12,682 nucleotides of DNA, from NCBI GenBank assembly GCA_046583355.1, contig JAYGCM010000005.1:1-12682 (forward strand), written 5' to 3'. Below the pieces are notes generated by a model. It searched no databases, was not told where the DNA came from, and saw only the letters and a list, made by a program, of their open reading frames with translations. Below are positions 1 through 6,568 of the stretch, in pieces; position 1 is the first letter of the stretch; every line of letters begins with the position of its first letter. The DNA is from Deltaproteobacteria bacterium (GTDB lineage Bacteria > Desulfobacterota > Binatia > UBA12015). A program made the translations under genes and the position numbers.

Positions 1-216
1 CTTCTTGCCGAGGAGACCGCCCTTTTTGTTCTGCTCCTCGATCAGCATCAGCATGGTGTCCTTGAGCGTGGTCTCACTGATCGCCATCGTGCCCGAGAGC
101 GAGTGCAGGACACCCACCTTGATCGTATCGCCATCGGCCGCCCGCGCTGCGGTGGCTGCGCCGAAAACAGTGGTTGCTAAAAGAAGCGTACACGCGATTC
201 GTATTGATATTCTCAT
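1..216 (-). CDS. urtA: Urea ABC transporter substrate-binding protein UrtA/FmdD (5' part; runs off the left edge)
   Basis: Not in the ORF track. Manual translation from ATG at 216 gives [72 protein letters not shown]. This is a signal peptide followed by the UrtA hallmark [18 protein letters not shown] purine-rich RBS (AAGGGA) lies just upstream. Confidence 0.93.
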   Translation of the reverse strand, partial: MRISIRIACTLLLATTVFGAATAARAADGDTIKVGVLHSLSGTMAISETTLKDTMLMLIEEQNKKGGLLGKK

Positions 217-274
217 TTCCCTTACCCTTTTCCTCTCAAAATTATGTGCGTATCGGTTGCGGCGAGACCCAGCC

Positions 275-327
275 GCCCCAGCCGCCCCGCACACCCCCGC
301 TGGGGCAGCGCACGAGGCGGCCGAGGC
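275..327 (-). other. Long intercistronic RNA stem-loop between the porin gene and urtA
   Basis: 24-bp stem: 275-294 pairs with 308-327 and 295-298 pairs with 302-305, with a 2-nt bulge and a 3-nt loop. All six non-Watson-Crick positions are G-U wobbles on the minus (mRNA) strand. No adjacent poly-U tract. Confidence 0.7.
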
Positions 328-348
328 TGAGGAGGTCGTCATCGGGAG

Positions 349-1548
349 CTAGATCTGGAGCTGAACGGCGAGCCAGATCGAGCTGATATCTTCGCCCTGC
401 GCCTCGGGCGCGTAGTTCAGACCCTTGGTCGCGATGTCGCCGTATTGGTAGAAGAGCGAGACCCTGGCGTTGAATCCGTCGATCACATAGTTGGTGCCGA
501 TCTCTAATTCGCTGCGATCCGTGCTCTTCTCCGGGTAGATGCCGGTTGCACGCACATAGGGCTGGAACTTGCCGATCCCGATCTTCTCCGGCATCAGGTA
601 GAGTCCGATCACCGTGAACGCGTTGCCGCGGAACATCCCGAAGTTGCCCGAATCCCCGAACGCCGCGGCGTCGTAATCGGCATCGAAGTATTTGTACTCG
701 CCATCGAAGGTGAAGACACCGACATCCGCGATCGGCTTCTCGAAGAGCACATCGATGCTCAGGCCGAAGAAGTCGCTTGCATTCTCCTTCGAGCCCGCAC
801 CGTCGCTCTGGTACTGGAAGGCGGCGGCCACCGTGAGGATGTCACCGGCGGTGCCGAAGTAGCTCCCGCTGGTGTAGTAGCCGGGATTCCTCTCGCGGTT
901 CAGGAAGTTGTAAGCGAAACGACCCGCATAGAGCAGGTGATCGCCCTGGTTCGGACCTGCGCGCAGACCAGTGAAGGCACCCACGACGTATTGGAATTTC
1001 TCGTCGAAGGCGGCGCCCCAGATATTCCCGCCGTTATCGCGCCCGTATACACCAGCACCGCCATCACCGTATTGCGTGCTGAAATCCGAGGAGAAGAAAG
1101 GCGTCTTGAAAGCGTCGTAAGTGGTCGAATAGAAGGGACCGTTCATCTCGCGACGGTCCGCCGGAACGAGCACTCGGCCCGCCCATATATTCACGTATTG
1201 ATTGACCTCGATCTTGGCGATCGCATCGAGCAAGGCGAAGCGCTGCAGATCAGCGTTGCCACAGAAAATGCACTCCGTGTTCACCTCGATCTTGATGTTT
1301 TCCGTGATCTGGCCGCCGAGATAGATACGGGCGTTGTCCAGGTTGAAGTCCTTCGACCAGCCACCATCAGGTGCGCTGTCTTCGCGCATCTTGAAAGACC
1401 CGCGGAGCCCCGCGCCAACGCTGATCCAGGAATCCTCGCCAATGGCGATTTTGCCGCCTGCATTTGCCGGCTGCGGCCCGCCCAGCGCGCCGACCAAACC
1501 CAGTACCAATGTGAAAATTACGAAACGAATCCATCCACTCAATCGCAT
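349..1548 (-). CDS. Outer-membrane porin, FmdC-like short-chain amide/urea porin (399 aa)
   Basis: Start reassigned to ATG 1548, which has the RBS GGGGG. Signal peptide ends in ANA. Alternating amphipathic beta-strands rich in G/F/Y/D, porin-type motifs (FNLDNARIYLGG, LLDAIAKIE, NIWAGR, YGRDNG) and a C-terminal beta-strand AVQLQI. Position directly upstream of urtA matches the fmdC-fmdD arrangement. Confidence 0.82.
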   Translation of the reverse strand: MRLSGWIRFVIFTLVLGLVGALGGPQPANAGGKIAIGEDSWISVGAGLRGSFKMREDSAPDGGWSKDFNLDNARIYLGGQITENIKIEVNTECIFCGNADLQRFALLDAIAKIEVNQYVNIWAGRVLVPADRREMNGPFYSTTYDAFKTPFFSSDFSTQYGDGGAGVYGRDNGGNIWGAAFDEKFQYVVGAFTGLRAGPNQGDHLLYAGRFAYNFLNRERNPGYYTSGSYFGTAGDILTVAAAFQYQSDGAGSKENASDFFGLSIDVLFEKPIADVGVFTFDGEYKYFDADYDAAAFGDSGNFGMFRGNAFTVIGLYLMPEKIGIGKFQPYVRATGIYPEKSTDRSELEIGTNYVIDGFNARVSLFYQYGDIATKGLNYAPEAQGEDISSIWLAVQLQI

Positions 1549-1623
1549 GCTCAAGTCCCCCTTAAAGTTCCGGTTTGCTGGGGACCAAAGTTTGTTCTTC
1601 GATCCCGATTGTAGGAACTCCAC

Positions 1624-1639
1624 AGCAAAGACCGGGCCA
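1624..1639 (-). promoter_or_regulatory. Sigma54 (-24/-12) promoter of the porin-urt operon
   Basis: Minus strand reads TGGCCCGGTCTTTGCT, i.e. GG-N10-GC, one mismatch from TGGCACG-N4-TTGCW. Predicted TSS about 1612-1613, roughly 65 nt before the porin ATG. Confidence 0.85.
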
Positions 1640-1690
1640 TGCGTTATCCTGCTGAAATCATGTGGGTATCACCGGTCAGCGGCCGACCGG

Positions 1691-1729
1691 CGCACGAAAA
1701 CTGTGCAGTCGATGCCTGATTATAGAGCA
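1691..1729. promoter_or_regulatory. Tandem NtrC-type enhancer sites
   Basis: CGCAC-GAAAACT-GTGCA (1691-1707) and TGCCT-GATTATA-GAGCA (1713-1729) match TGCAC-N7-GTGCA / TGC-N11-GCA with AT-rich cores. Centres are 22 bp apart, at about -86 and -108 from the predicted sigma54 TSS. Confidence 0.75.
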
Positions 1730-1868
1730 CGGTGCACGCGCTATCGAAGAAATCGCGCTACCAACACCACTGAAAGTTGCCACCGTAGTGAAACCAGGAG
1801 CCAGCGGTGATCGGATCGGCTGTATAGCGTGGCCGGCCCAGGAGATCCGACGGGAGCGTCCGTTTCAT

Positions 1869-1896
1869 TTGCGTTCCCCTATCAGGCAAGTAGATT
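1869..1896 (+). promoter_or_regulatory. Putative sigma70 promoter for the SRPBCC/dehydrogenase pair
   Basis: TTGCGT (1869-1874), 16-nt spacer, TAGATT (1891-1896). It resembles the TTGCAn/TAGnnT promoters at 4240-4267 and 4308-4336. Confidence 0.45.
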
Positions 1897-1969
1897 TCCT
1901 GACTATGCGAGCAAAAAACAACCACTCGGACACGCTTGCGGGTGGCCTTGCGGCGCGGGGGGTGCGGGT

Positions 1970-2524
1970 ATGAAACGCGGTTTGAAGATCGCCAGCGCGC
2001 TGGTCCTCGGGCTCGTCCTGCTCTCGTGGTTGGGGCCGGCCGATGAGACGTTGCACCGCGTGCAGGCGCGGGCCGAGTTGGCGATGTCGCCGGCCGAGGC
2101 TTGGGCACGGCTGCGGCGCTTCGACACACCGCACCATTATGTGCCCGGCCTCGCCAGCAGCGAGATTACCACCGCGGCCCGCGAGGGCGTGGGTGCCAGC
2201 CGGCGTGTCACCATGGAAATCGGCAGCAGCCTCGACGAAACCGTCACCCGATGGGACGAGGGCCGCGGCTTCCGGCTGCGGCTGCACCAGGGCGACGGCG
2301 CGCCCTTCCCCTTCACCGCGGCCGAGTACATCTATGAACTGCGCCCGCTGGGCGACGGCCGGGTCGAGATCTTCTGCGAGATGAACTACCGGCTCGCCGG
2401 CGGCGTCCCCATGCGCCTCGTGCACGAGTTGGGTATTGGCTCGTTGATCGCCGCCAACAACGACCAGATCGTGGCGAACCTCAAAGAATATTACGAGAGC
2501 AGCGAGGGCGCGCCGGCGCCCTGA
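1970..2524 (+). CDS. SRPBCC (START-like / polyketide cyclase) family protein with an N-terminal hydrophobic anchor (184 aa)
   Basis: From ATG 1970: MKRGLKIASALVLGLVLLSWLG (signal or TM segment). Then the SRPBCC pattern SPAEAWARLRRFD..HYVPGL, GVGASRRV, LDETVTRWDEG and a C-terminal helix NLKEYYE. Confidence 0.8.
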   Translation: MKRGLKIASALVLGLVLLSWLGPADETLHRVQARAELAMSPAEAWARLRRFDTPHHYVPGLASSEITTAAREGVGASRRVTMEIGSSLDETVTRWDEGRGFRLRLHQGDGAPFPFTAAEYIYELRPLGDGRVEIFCEMNYRLAGGVPMRLVHELGIGSLIAANNDQIVANLKEYYESSEGAPAP

Positions 2525-2540
2525 AAACACGAGGACACCA

Positions 2541-3407
2541 ATGACCAGCAGAAAATTGCACCGCGTCGGCTTCATCGGCCTCGGCTTCATCGGTGCCCCG
2601 ATGGCCAAGCGCCTGGCCGCGGCGGGGTTCGAGACCTGGGTGCACGATATTTCGCCCGACGCGGTCGCCGCCCTCACGGACGCCGGCGCCAAGGCCGGCA
2701 AGAGCGCGGCCGAGGTCGCACGCCACACACAAATCGTCGGCGTCTGTGTCGTCGATGATGCCCAAACCGAGTCGGTCGTCTGCGGCCCCGACGGGCTCCT
2801 GGAAGGCGCGGCTTCCGGCATGATCATCGCGGTGCATGGCACGATCCACCCCGACACGACACAAAAGCTCGCGGCACGAGCCGACGCTCGGGGTGTGCGC
2901 CTGATCGATGCCCAGATGACCGGCGGGCCGCATGGCGCAGCCGCCGGCACGCTGCGGTATATGGTGGGCGGCAGCAAGGAAGACGTCGCGCGTGCGCAAC
3001 CTTTTCTCGAAGCGTCAGGCAGCGAGATCATCCATTGCGGCCCGCTCGGTAGCGGCACGGTTGCCAAACTCGCCAACAACCTGGTGCAATATACCTTCTG
3101 GAACGCGCTGATGGAGGCCCAGGAACTGACCCGCAGTCAGGGCATGCCAGACGCCAAATTGCAGGAAGTATTGGGCTGGATCCTGGGCGATAGCGCCACC
3201 CTGATGATGGCCGGGCGCAACGCGCTGGAAGCCGACCCCGACAACGAATTCCTCGCCGGCCGCTACGCGGGGGCCGGACGCCTGCTGGAGAAAGACCTCG
3301 GCCTCGCCCTTGAGGTCGCTGCGGCCGCCGGTCTGGACCTCCCGGCAACCAAGCTCACCGCCAAGAGTGCCGCGAGCATCTTCGCGCTGCCCGAGCGTAC
3401 CTCTTGA
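2541..3407 (+). CDS. NAD(P)-dependent oxidoreductase, 3-hydroxyisobutyrate / beta-hydroxyacid dehydrogenase family
   Basis: Rossmann motif VGFIGLGFIGAPMA, DAQMTGG (DAPVSGG-like), catalytic KLANN and KDL near the C-terminus. RBS GAGGA upstream. Confidence 0.9.
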   Translation: MTSRKLHRVGFIGLGFIGAPMAKRLAAAGFETWVHDISPDAVAALTDAGAKAGKSAAEVARHTQIVGVCVVDDAQTESVVCGPDGLLEGAASGMIIAVHGTIHPDTTQKLAARADARGVRLIDAQMTGGPHGAAAGTLRYMVGGSKEDVARAQPFLEASGSEIIHCGPLGSGTVAKLANNLVQYTFWNALMEAQELTRSQGMPDAKLQEVLGWILGDSATLMMAGRNALEADPDNEFLAGRYAGAGRLLEKDLGLALEVAAAAGLDLPATKLTAKSAASIFALPERTS

Positions 3408-3471
3408 ATCAGGCAGGAAGGTGCGTCCCCCAGCAAGCGCGCCTGCCGGACGGCGACCGACAGACCGCCCC

Positions 3472-4218
3472 CTAAGCGTCCGGGAGGGTGGCTTCGTCAA
3501 TATCCGCGTTGGCCGAGACGTTCTGCACATCGTCGTCGTCCTCGAGGACTTCGAGCAGGCGCAATAGGCGGGCGGCCTCGGCACCGGCCAGGGGCATGGT
3601 ATTTTCCGGCACGTTGGCAACCTCGGCGCTGGCCACATTGAAACCAGCGCCTGCAATCGCGTCATTGACGTCATCGAAGACACCCAGCGGAGTGGTGATC
3701 TCGAAGCCTTCACCGAAGCCGACGATATCTTCGGCCCCGGCCTCAAGCGCCGCTTCCATTACGCGCTCTTCGTCGGTCTCGGGTGCCTCGACGATGATCA
3801 CGCCCTTTTTGTGGAACATATAGTTCACACAGCCGGCCTCGCCCATGCTGCCGCCATTTTTACTGAACGCCGAGCGCATGGAGGAAACCGTCCGGTTGCG
3901 ATTGTCCGTGAGACATTCCACGAGGATCGCCACACCGCCCGGGCCGTACCCCTCATAGGTCACGTCCTCGTAGTTGACGCCCTCAAGCTCCCCGGTCCCC
4001 TTCTTGATGCCGCGCTCGATATTCTCCGCCGGCATACTGGCCGCCTTGGCCGCAGCGATGGCCGTGCGGAGGCGCGGGTTGAAGTTCGGGTCGCCGCTAT
4101 TGCCCATGCGAGCCGCGACGGTGATCTCACGAATCAGCTTCGTGAAGATCTTGCCGCGCTTCGCGTCCTTGGCGGCCTTCTTGTGCTTGATGGTGCTCCA
4201 TTTGGAATGTCCCGACAT
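3472..4218 (-). CDS. yebC: YebC/PmpR (TACO1) family protein
   Basis: [34 protein letters not shown] and [10 protein letters not shown] motifs. RBS AGGAG. Confidence 0.97.
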   Translation of the reverse strand: MSGHSKWSTIKHKKAAKDAKRGKIFTKLIREITVAARMGNSGDPNFNPRLRTAIAAAKAASMPAENIERGIKKGTGELEGVNYEDVTYEGYGPGGVAILVECLTDNRNRTVSSMRSAFSKNGGSMGEAGCVNYMFHKKGVIIVEAPETDEERVMEAALEAGAEDIVGFGEGFEITTPLGVFDDVNDAIAGAGFNVASAEVANVPENTMPLAGAEAARLLRLLEVLEDDDDVQNVSANADIDEATLPDA

Positions 4219-4239
4219 GATTCTTACTCCTGCGAGCAG

Positions 4240-4267
4240 AGACTAGACGGCGGCGAGAAAAGTGCAA
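4240..4267 (-). promoter_or_regulatory. Putative sigma70 promoter of yebC
   Basis: Minus strand TTGCAC (4267-4262), 16-nt spacer, TAGTCT (4245-4240), just upstream of the AGGAG RBS. Confidence 0.6.
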
Positions 4268-4307
4268 CGTGGCCGACCCACCCGGTGAGCCGAAAGCCCG
4301 CCATCCG

Positions 4308-4336
4308 TTGCAAGGAGGCCCGGGGGCCTCTAGACT
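4308..4336 (+). promoter_or_regulatory. Sigma70 promoter for a probable leaderless transcript of the 4343 gene, with a palindrome in the spacer
   Basis: TTGCAA (4308-4313), 17-nt spacer, TAGACT (4331-4336), 6 nt, then ATG (4343). The spacer contains GAGGCCC-GG-GGGCCTC (4315-4330). Confidence 0.65.
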
Positions 4337-4342
4337 CGGGGC

Positions 4343-5491
4343 ATGCATCTCGACTTGCTGGAAGCGGCCTCGGCTCGCATCATCGCCACCCAAAACGCAG
4401 ATGGCACCGATCGCCCCGCGCGCTCGATTGCCAATGAAATCGCCGCGATCCCTGCCGCCGGCAGCTTGCGCCTCAGCAGCGAAGGAGGCCTCTCTTCGGC
4501 GCGCGCCCTGGAGATCCTCCACGCCCGGCAGGGGCCGACGGCCCATCTCATCCTGCCCGTCTCGGTCGAAGCGGTTCTTCATAAAGGACTCATCGACGAA
4601 GCGGCCCGCGCCGGCTGTATCGCCATCGAATTGCAGCGCGAAGGCTGCCTGCGCGAGGGACTCGCCAGCGGCCTGGCCGGGCGATCGCAGGCGCTCAAAG
4701 ACCTCGTACTTGGCCTGCGCCGCGCGCGCGGACTGGGGTTGGCGACCATCCTCGACTTCCCACTCGGCCTCGCCGGCGACGACGAAGGCGTCTTCGAGCG
4801 CGGTGTCGTCTTCTTCCGCGAAGCCATGATCGCCATACCGCGGATTTCGCTGGCGCAGGGCACAATCTCTGGCCGGATGACCGCCGCGGCGCTGCAAAAC
4901 GGCTTCGACTGGATGCAGAACCGGCTACTGCGCCACCATGAGGTCTGGCGCCGGGCACTCTGGCCCTCGGGGCGGACCCGCAACATCCTCGATGCCGGCT
5001 ACGCGCAACGCCGCCAGGCGCCGCTTGCGACGCGCGGCCACTATACGACGACCATGGAAATGCTGCGCCGCCTCAACCGCACGCGCCGCACGGGCGCGCG
5101 GCGGCCGCTGCTCGGCCTGAGCGCTGCGGCCGGCGTGAACTTCCGCCCCGCGCGCGATTGGCTGCATATTCACGCCGCTACCGACTCGACCAAACGAACC
5201 CTCGAGGTCGCGATCGCAGGCACCCTCGACCTGCGCAGCGCGCGTAAACTCCTCGACCGTATTGGCGAAGCCCTGAAATCCGGGGTCGATCAAGTGACAA
5301 TCGACTTCCAGGGCCTCGAATGGGTCTCGGTCGATGTCATGACGCGCTTCATCGAAGAGAACCGCGACCGCTTCGCCGCGATGGCCGGCCGCGCCCGCTT
5401 GGTGAACCTCGCCGGCACGGTCGAGGCGCTGCGCCGCCAACTCGGCGATGCCGAGGGCGTCCGTCTCCTCGCGCTCGCGATCCCGGCCTGA
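4343..5491 (+). CDS. Degenerate radical-SAM-fold protein lacking CxxxCxxC, fused to a C-terminal STAS domain (382 aa)
   Basis: Residues ~12-204 follow the radical-SAM core of B12-type enzymes (RPARSIANEI, AARAGC, LGLAGDDEGVFER, MTAAALQNGFDW). Residues ~287-370 are STAS-like (LEVAIAGTLDLRSARKLLDRIGEALKSGVDQVTIDFQGLEWVS). The ORF is intact and has its own promoter. Confidence 0.7.
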   Translation: MHLDLLEAASARIIATQNADGTDRPARSIANEIAAIPAAGSLRLSSEGGLSSARALEILHARQGPTAHLILPVSVEAVLHKGLIDEAARAGCIAIELQREGCLREGLASGLAGRSQALKDLVLGLRRARGLGLATILDFPLGLAGDDEGVFERGVVFFREAMIAIPRISLAQGTISGRMTAAALQNGFDWMQNRLLRHHEVWRRALWPSGRTRNILDAGYAQRRQAPLATRGHYTTTMEMLRRLNRTRRTGARRPLLGLSAAAGVNFRPARDWLHIHAATDSTKRTLEVAIAGTLDLRSARKLLDRIGEALKSGVDQVTIDFQGLEWVSVDVMTRFIEENRDRFAAMAGRARLVNLAGTVEALRRQLGDAEGVRLLALAIPA

Positions 5492-5512
5492 AAATCCGGC
5501 CGGGCGAAACGC

Positions 5513-6568
5513 CTATTCGGCTTCGCGCCGAAGCATCGCGGCATAATCGATCGGAAAGGGCTCGCTTGGAGGGCGCCGCCGCCAGCGCTCGCGCAACGCC
5601 TTGCACCAGGCAACCACGCCCTTCTCATGCGCCGCCCGCGCAGCCAACCCCTCCTTCTCGAGGCGCTTGAGCACACGGTTGCGCGTTGCCAGCCGTAACT
5701 GGCCGCGCAGTACGAGGTCATCGAGCGTGTCGCGCAGACTCTCGCCCTGCACCCGCGGATCCTCCTTGAGGGCGGCCGCGACGGCGACCACGCCCGGCAG
5801 ATCCATCCGCTTGGTCTCATGGAGCACCGCCGCCGTCTGCAAATAATTGAAGGTCGCCACGAGACGTGGCCCGAAGCCTTGGAAGCGCGCCGGCGGCGTG
5901 CGCCGCTCCAGCCGAATGAAAATGTGCTCGACTACCTCGGGCACCTCCCCTGCCAGCTGCTCCGCTGCCTTCAGGATGCGCCGCCGCGAGCGCCGCGCCA
6001 CGCCGAGAGTCGCGAGAATCCCGGCCAGTTCCTCTTTTTCCATCGCGCCGGTCAGAATATCGGCATAAAGGGAGTACACGACCGGGTCACTCTCCCAATC
6101 GTCACCGAAGAGAATCTCGTGGCGGGCCACGGCGCCGCGCAATCGGCTCTCGAGCAACTCGGCCAGCTTGTAGCCAACCTGCTCGCGCAGGTTACGCCAC
6201 CGGCCACGCACGATATCCCGCAGCTGATCCTTGAAGACGATGCCGTCGACCTCGATGCCGTCGCTTGCCAGCTTCTCGCGAATGACCCGGCCGAGCTGCG
6301 GTGGGCTCGCGGAGAGAAAGAAGACGCGCGGCTCGAAGCCCGTCTCGGTGGCGCAGCGGCGCAGCGCACGCACCAACTCGGGCACACCGGGCATATGCAC
6401 CTTATCGGCCGCCGTCTCGAAGGGAATCTTCACCAGCTGGCGGAAACTCTCGAATTGCGTCGCCAGGTAGGTCTTGTCGAGGTCGAGGCGAAAGGCAATC
6501 CCGCGCATGCGAAGCTCGCGCGCGGACGCTTTTGGCAGCGCAGCCGACGTGTCCGGGGGCCCGGGCAT
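5513..6568 (-). CDS. HAD-superfamily phosphatase, App1/DUF2183-like (phosphatidate phosphatase-like)
   Basis: HAD motif I DLDKT, motif II FFLSASP, motif III GYK and motif IV LFGDDWESD, followed by a helical, basic C-terminal extension. The ATG overlaps the upstream stop (TGATG). Confidence 0.75.
   Translation of the reverse strand: MPGPPDTSAALPKASARELRMRGIAFRLDLDKTYLATQFESFRQLVKIPFETAADKVHMPGVPELVRALRRCATETGFEPRVFFLSASPPQLGRVIREKLASDGIEVDGIVFKDQLRDIVRGRWRNLREQVGYKLAELLESRLRGAVARHEILFGDDWESDPVVYSLYADILTGAMEKEELAGILATLGVARRSRRRILKAAEQLAGEVPEVVEHIFIRLERRTPPARFQGFGPRLVATFNYLQTAAVLHETKRMDLPGVVAVAAALKEDPRVQGESLRDTLDDLVLRGQLRLATRNRVLKRLEKEGLAARAAHEKGVVAWCKALRERWRRRPPSEPFPIDYAAMLRREAE

Noticed and set aside
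5..352. 115-aa plus-strand ORF
   Set aside because: Antisense shadow of urtA and the intergenic hairpin.
1581..1606. ANTAR (AmiR/NasR) target in the porin leader
   Set aside because: The loop AACAAA lacks the conserved G at position 4. No second matching hairpin or terminator is present.
1549..1623. ORF-track start of the porin at 1623
   Set aside because: It abuts the sigma54 -12 element and lies upstream of the predicted TSS. ATG 1548 has an RBS and begins a signal peptide.
1656..1668. IHF site between the NtrC boxes and the sigma54 promoter (AATCATGTGGGTA)
   Set aside because: The position is plausible, but two mismatches to WATCAANNNNTTR make it too weak to call.
1768..1850. Possible hammerhead ribozyme or riboswitch (CTGAAAG...GAAAC; TCGGATC/GATCCGA inverted repeat at 1811-1850)
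   Set aside because: The core is CUGAAAG rather than CUGANGA, and the stems are not convincing. The region lies outside both predicted transcripts. An Rfam scan would settle it.
1865..3079. Long antisense or alternate-frame ORFs (this 404-aa one, also 937-1614, 4127-4897, 5819-6664, 6888-7736, 7477-8301, 9931-10752, 10700-11500)
   Set aside because: They overlap well-supported genes and have no recognisable motifs. Such ORFs are expected from stop-codon scarcity in high-GC DNA.
3412..3447. GGCAGG/CCTGCC hairpin between convergent genes as an intrinsic terminator
   Set aside because: Short interrupted stem with no U-tract on either strand.
4219..4342. Frameshifted upstream segment carrying the missing CxxxCxxC or B12 domain of the 4343 gene
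   Set aside because: The spacer is only 124 nt and is occupied by two divergent promoters. The Cys loop is deleted internally, after the first beta-strand.
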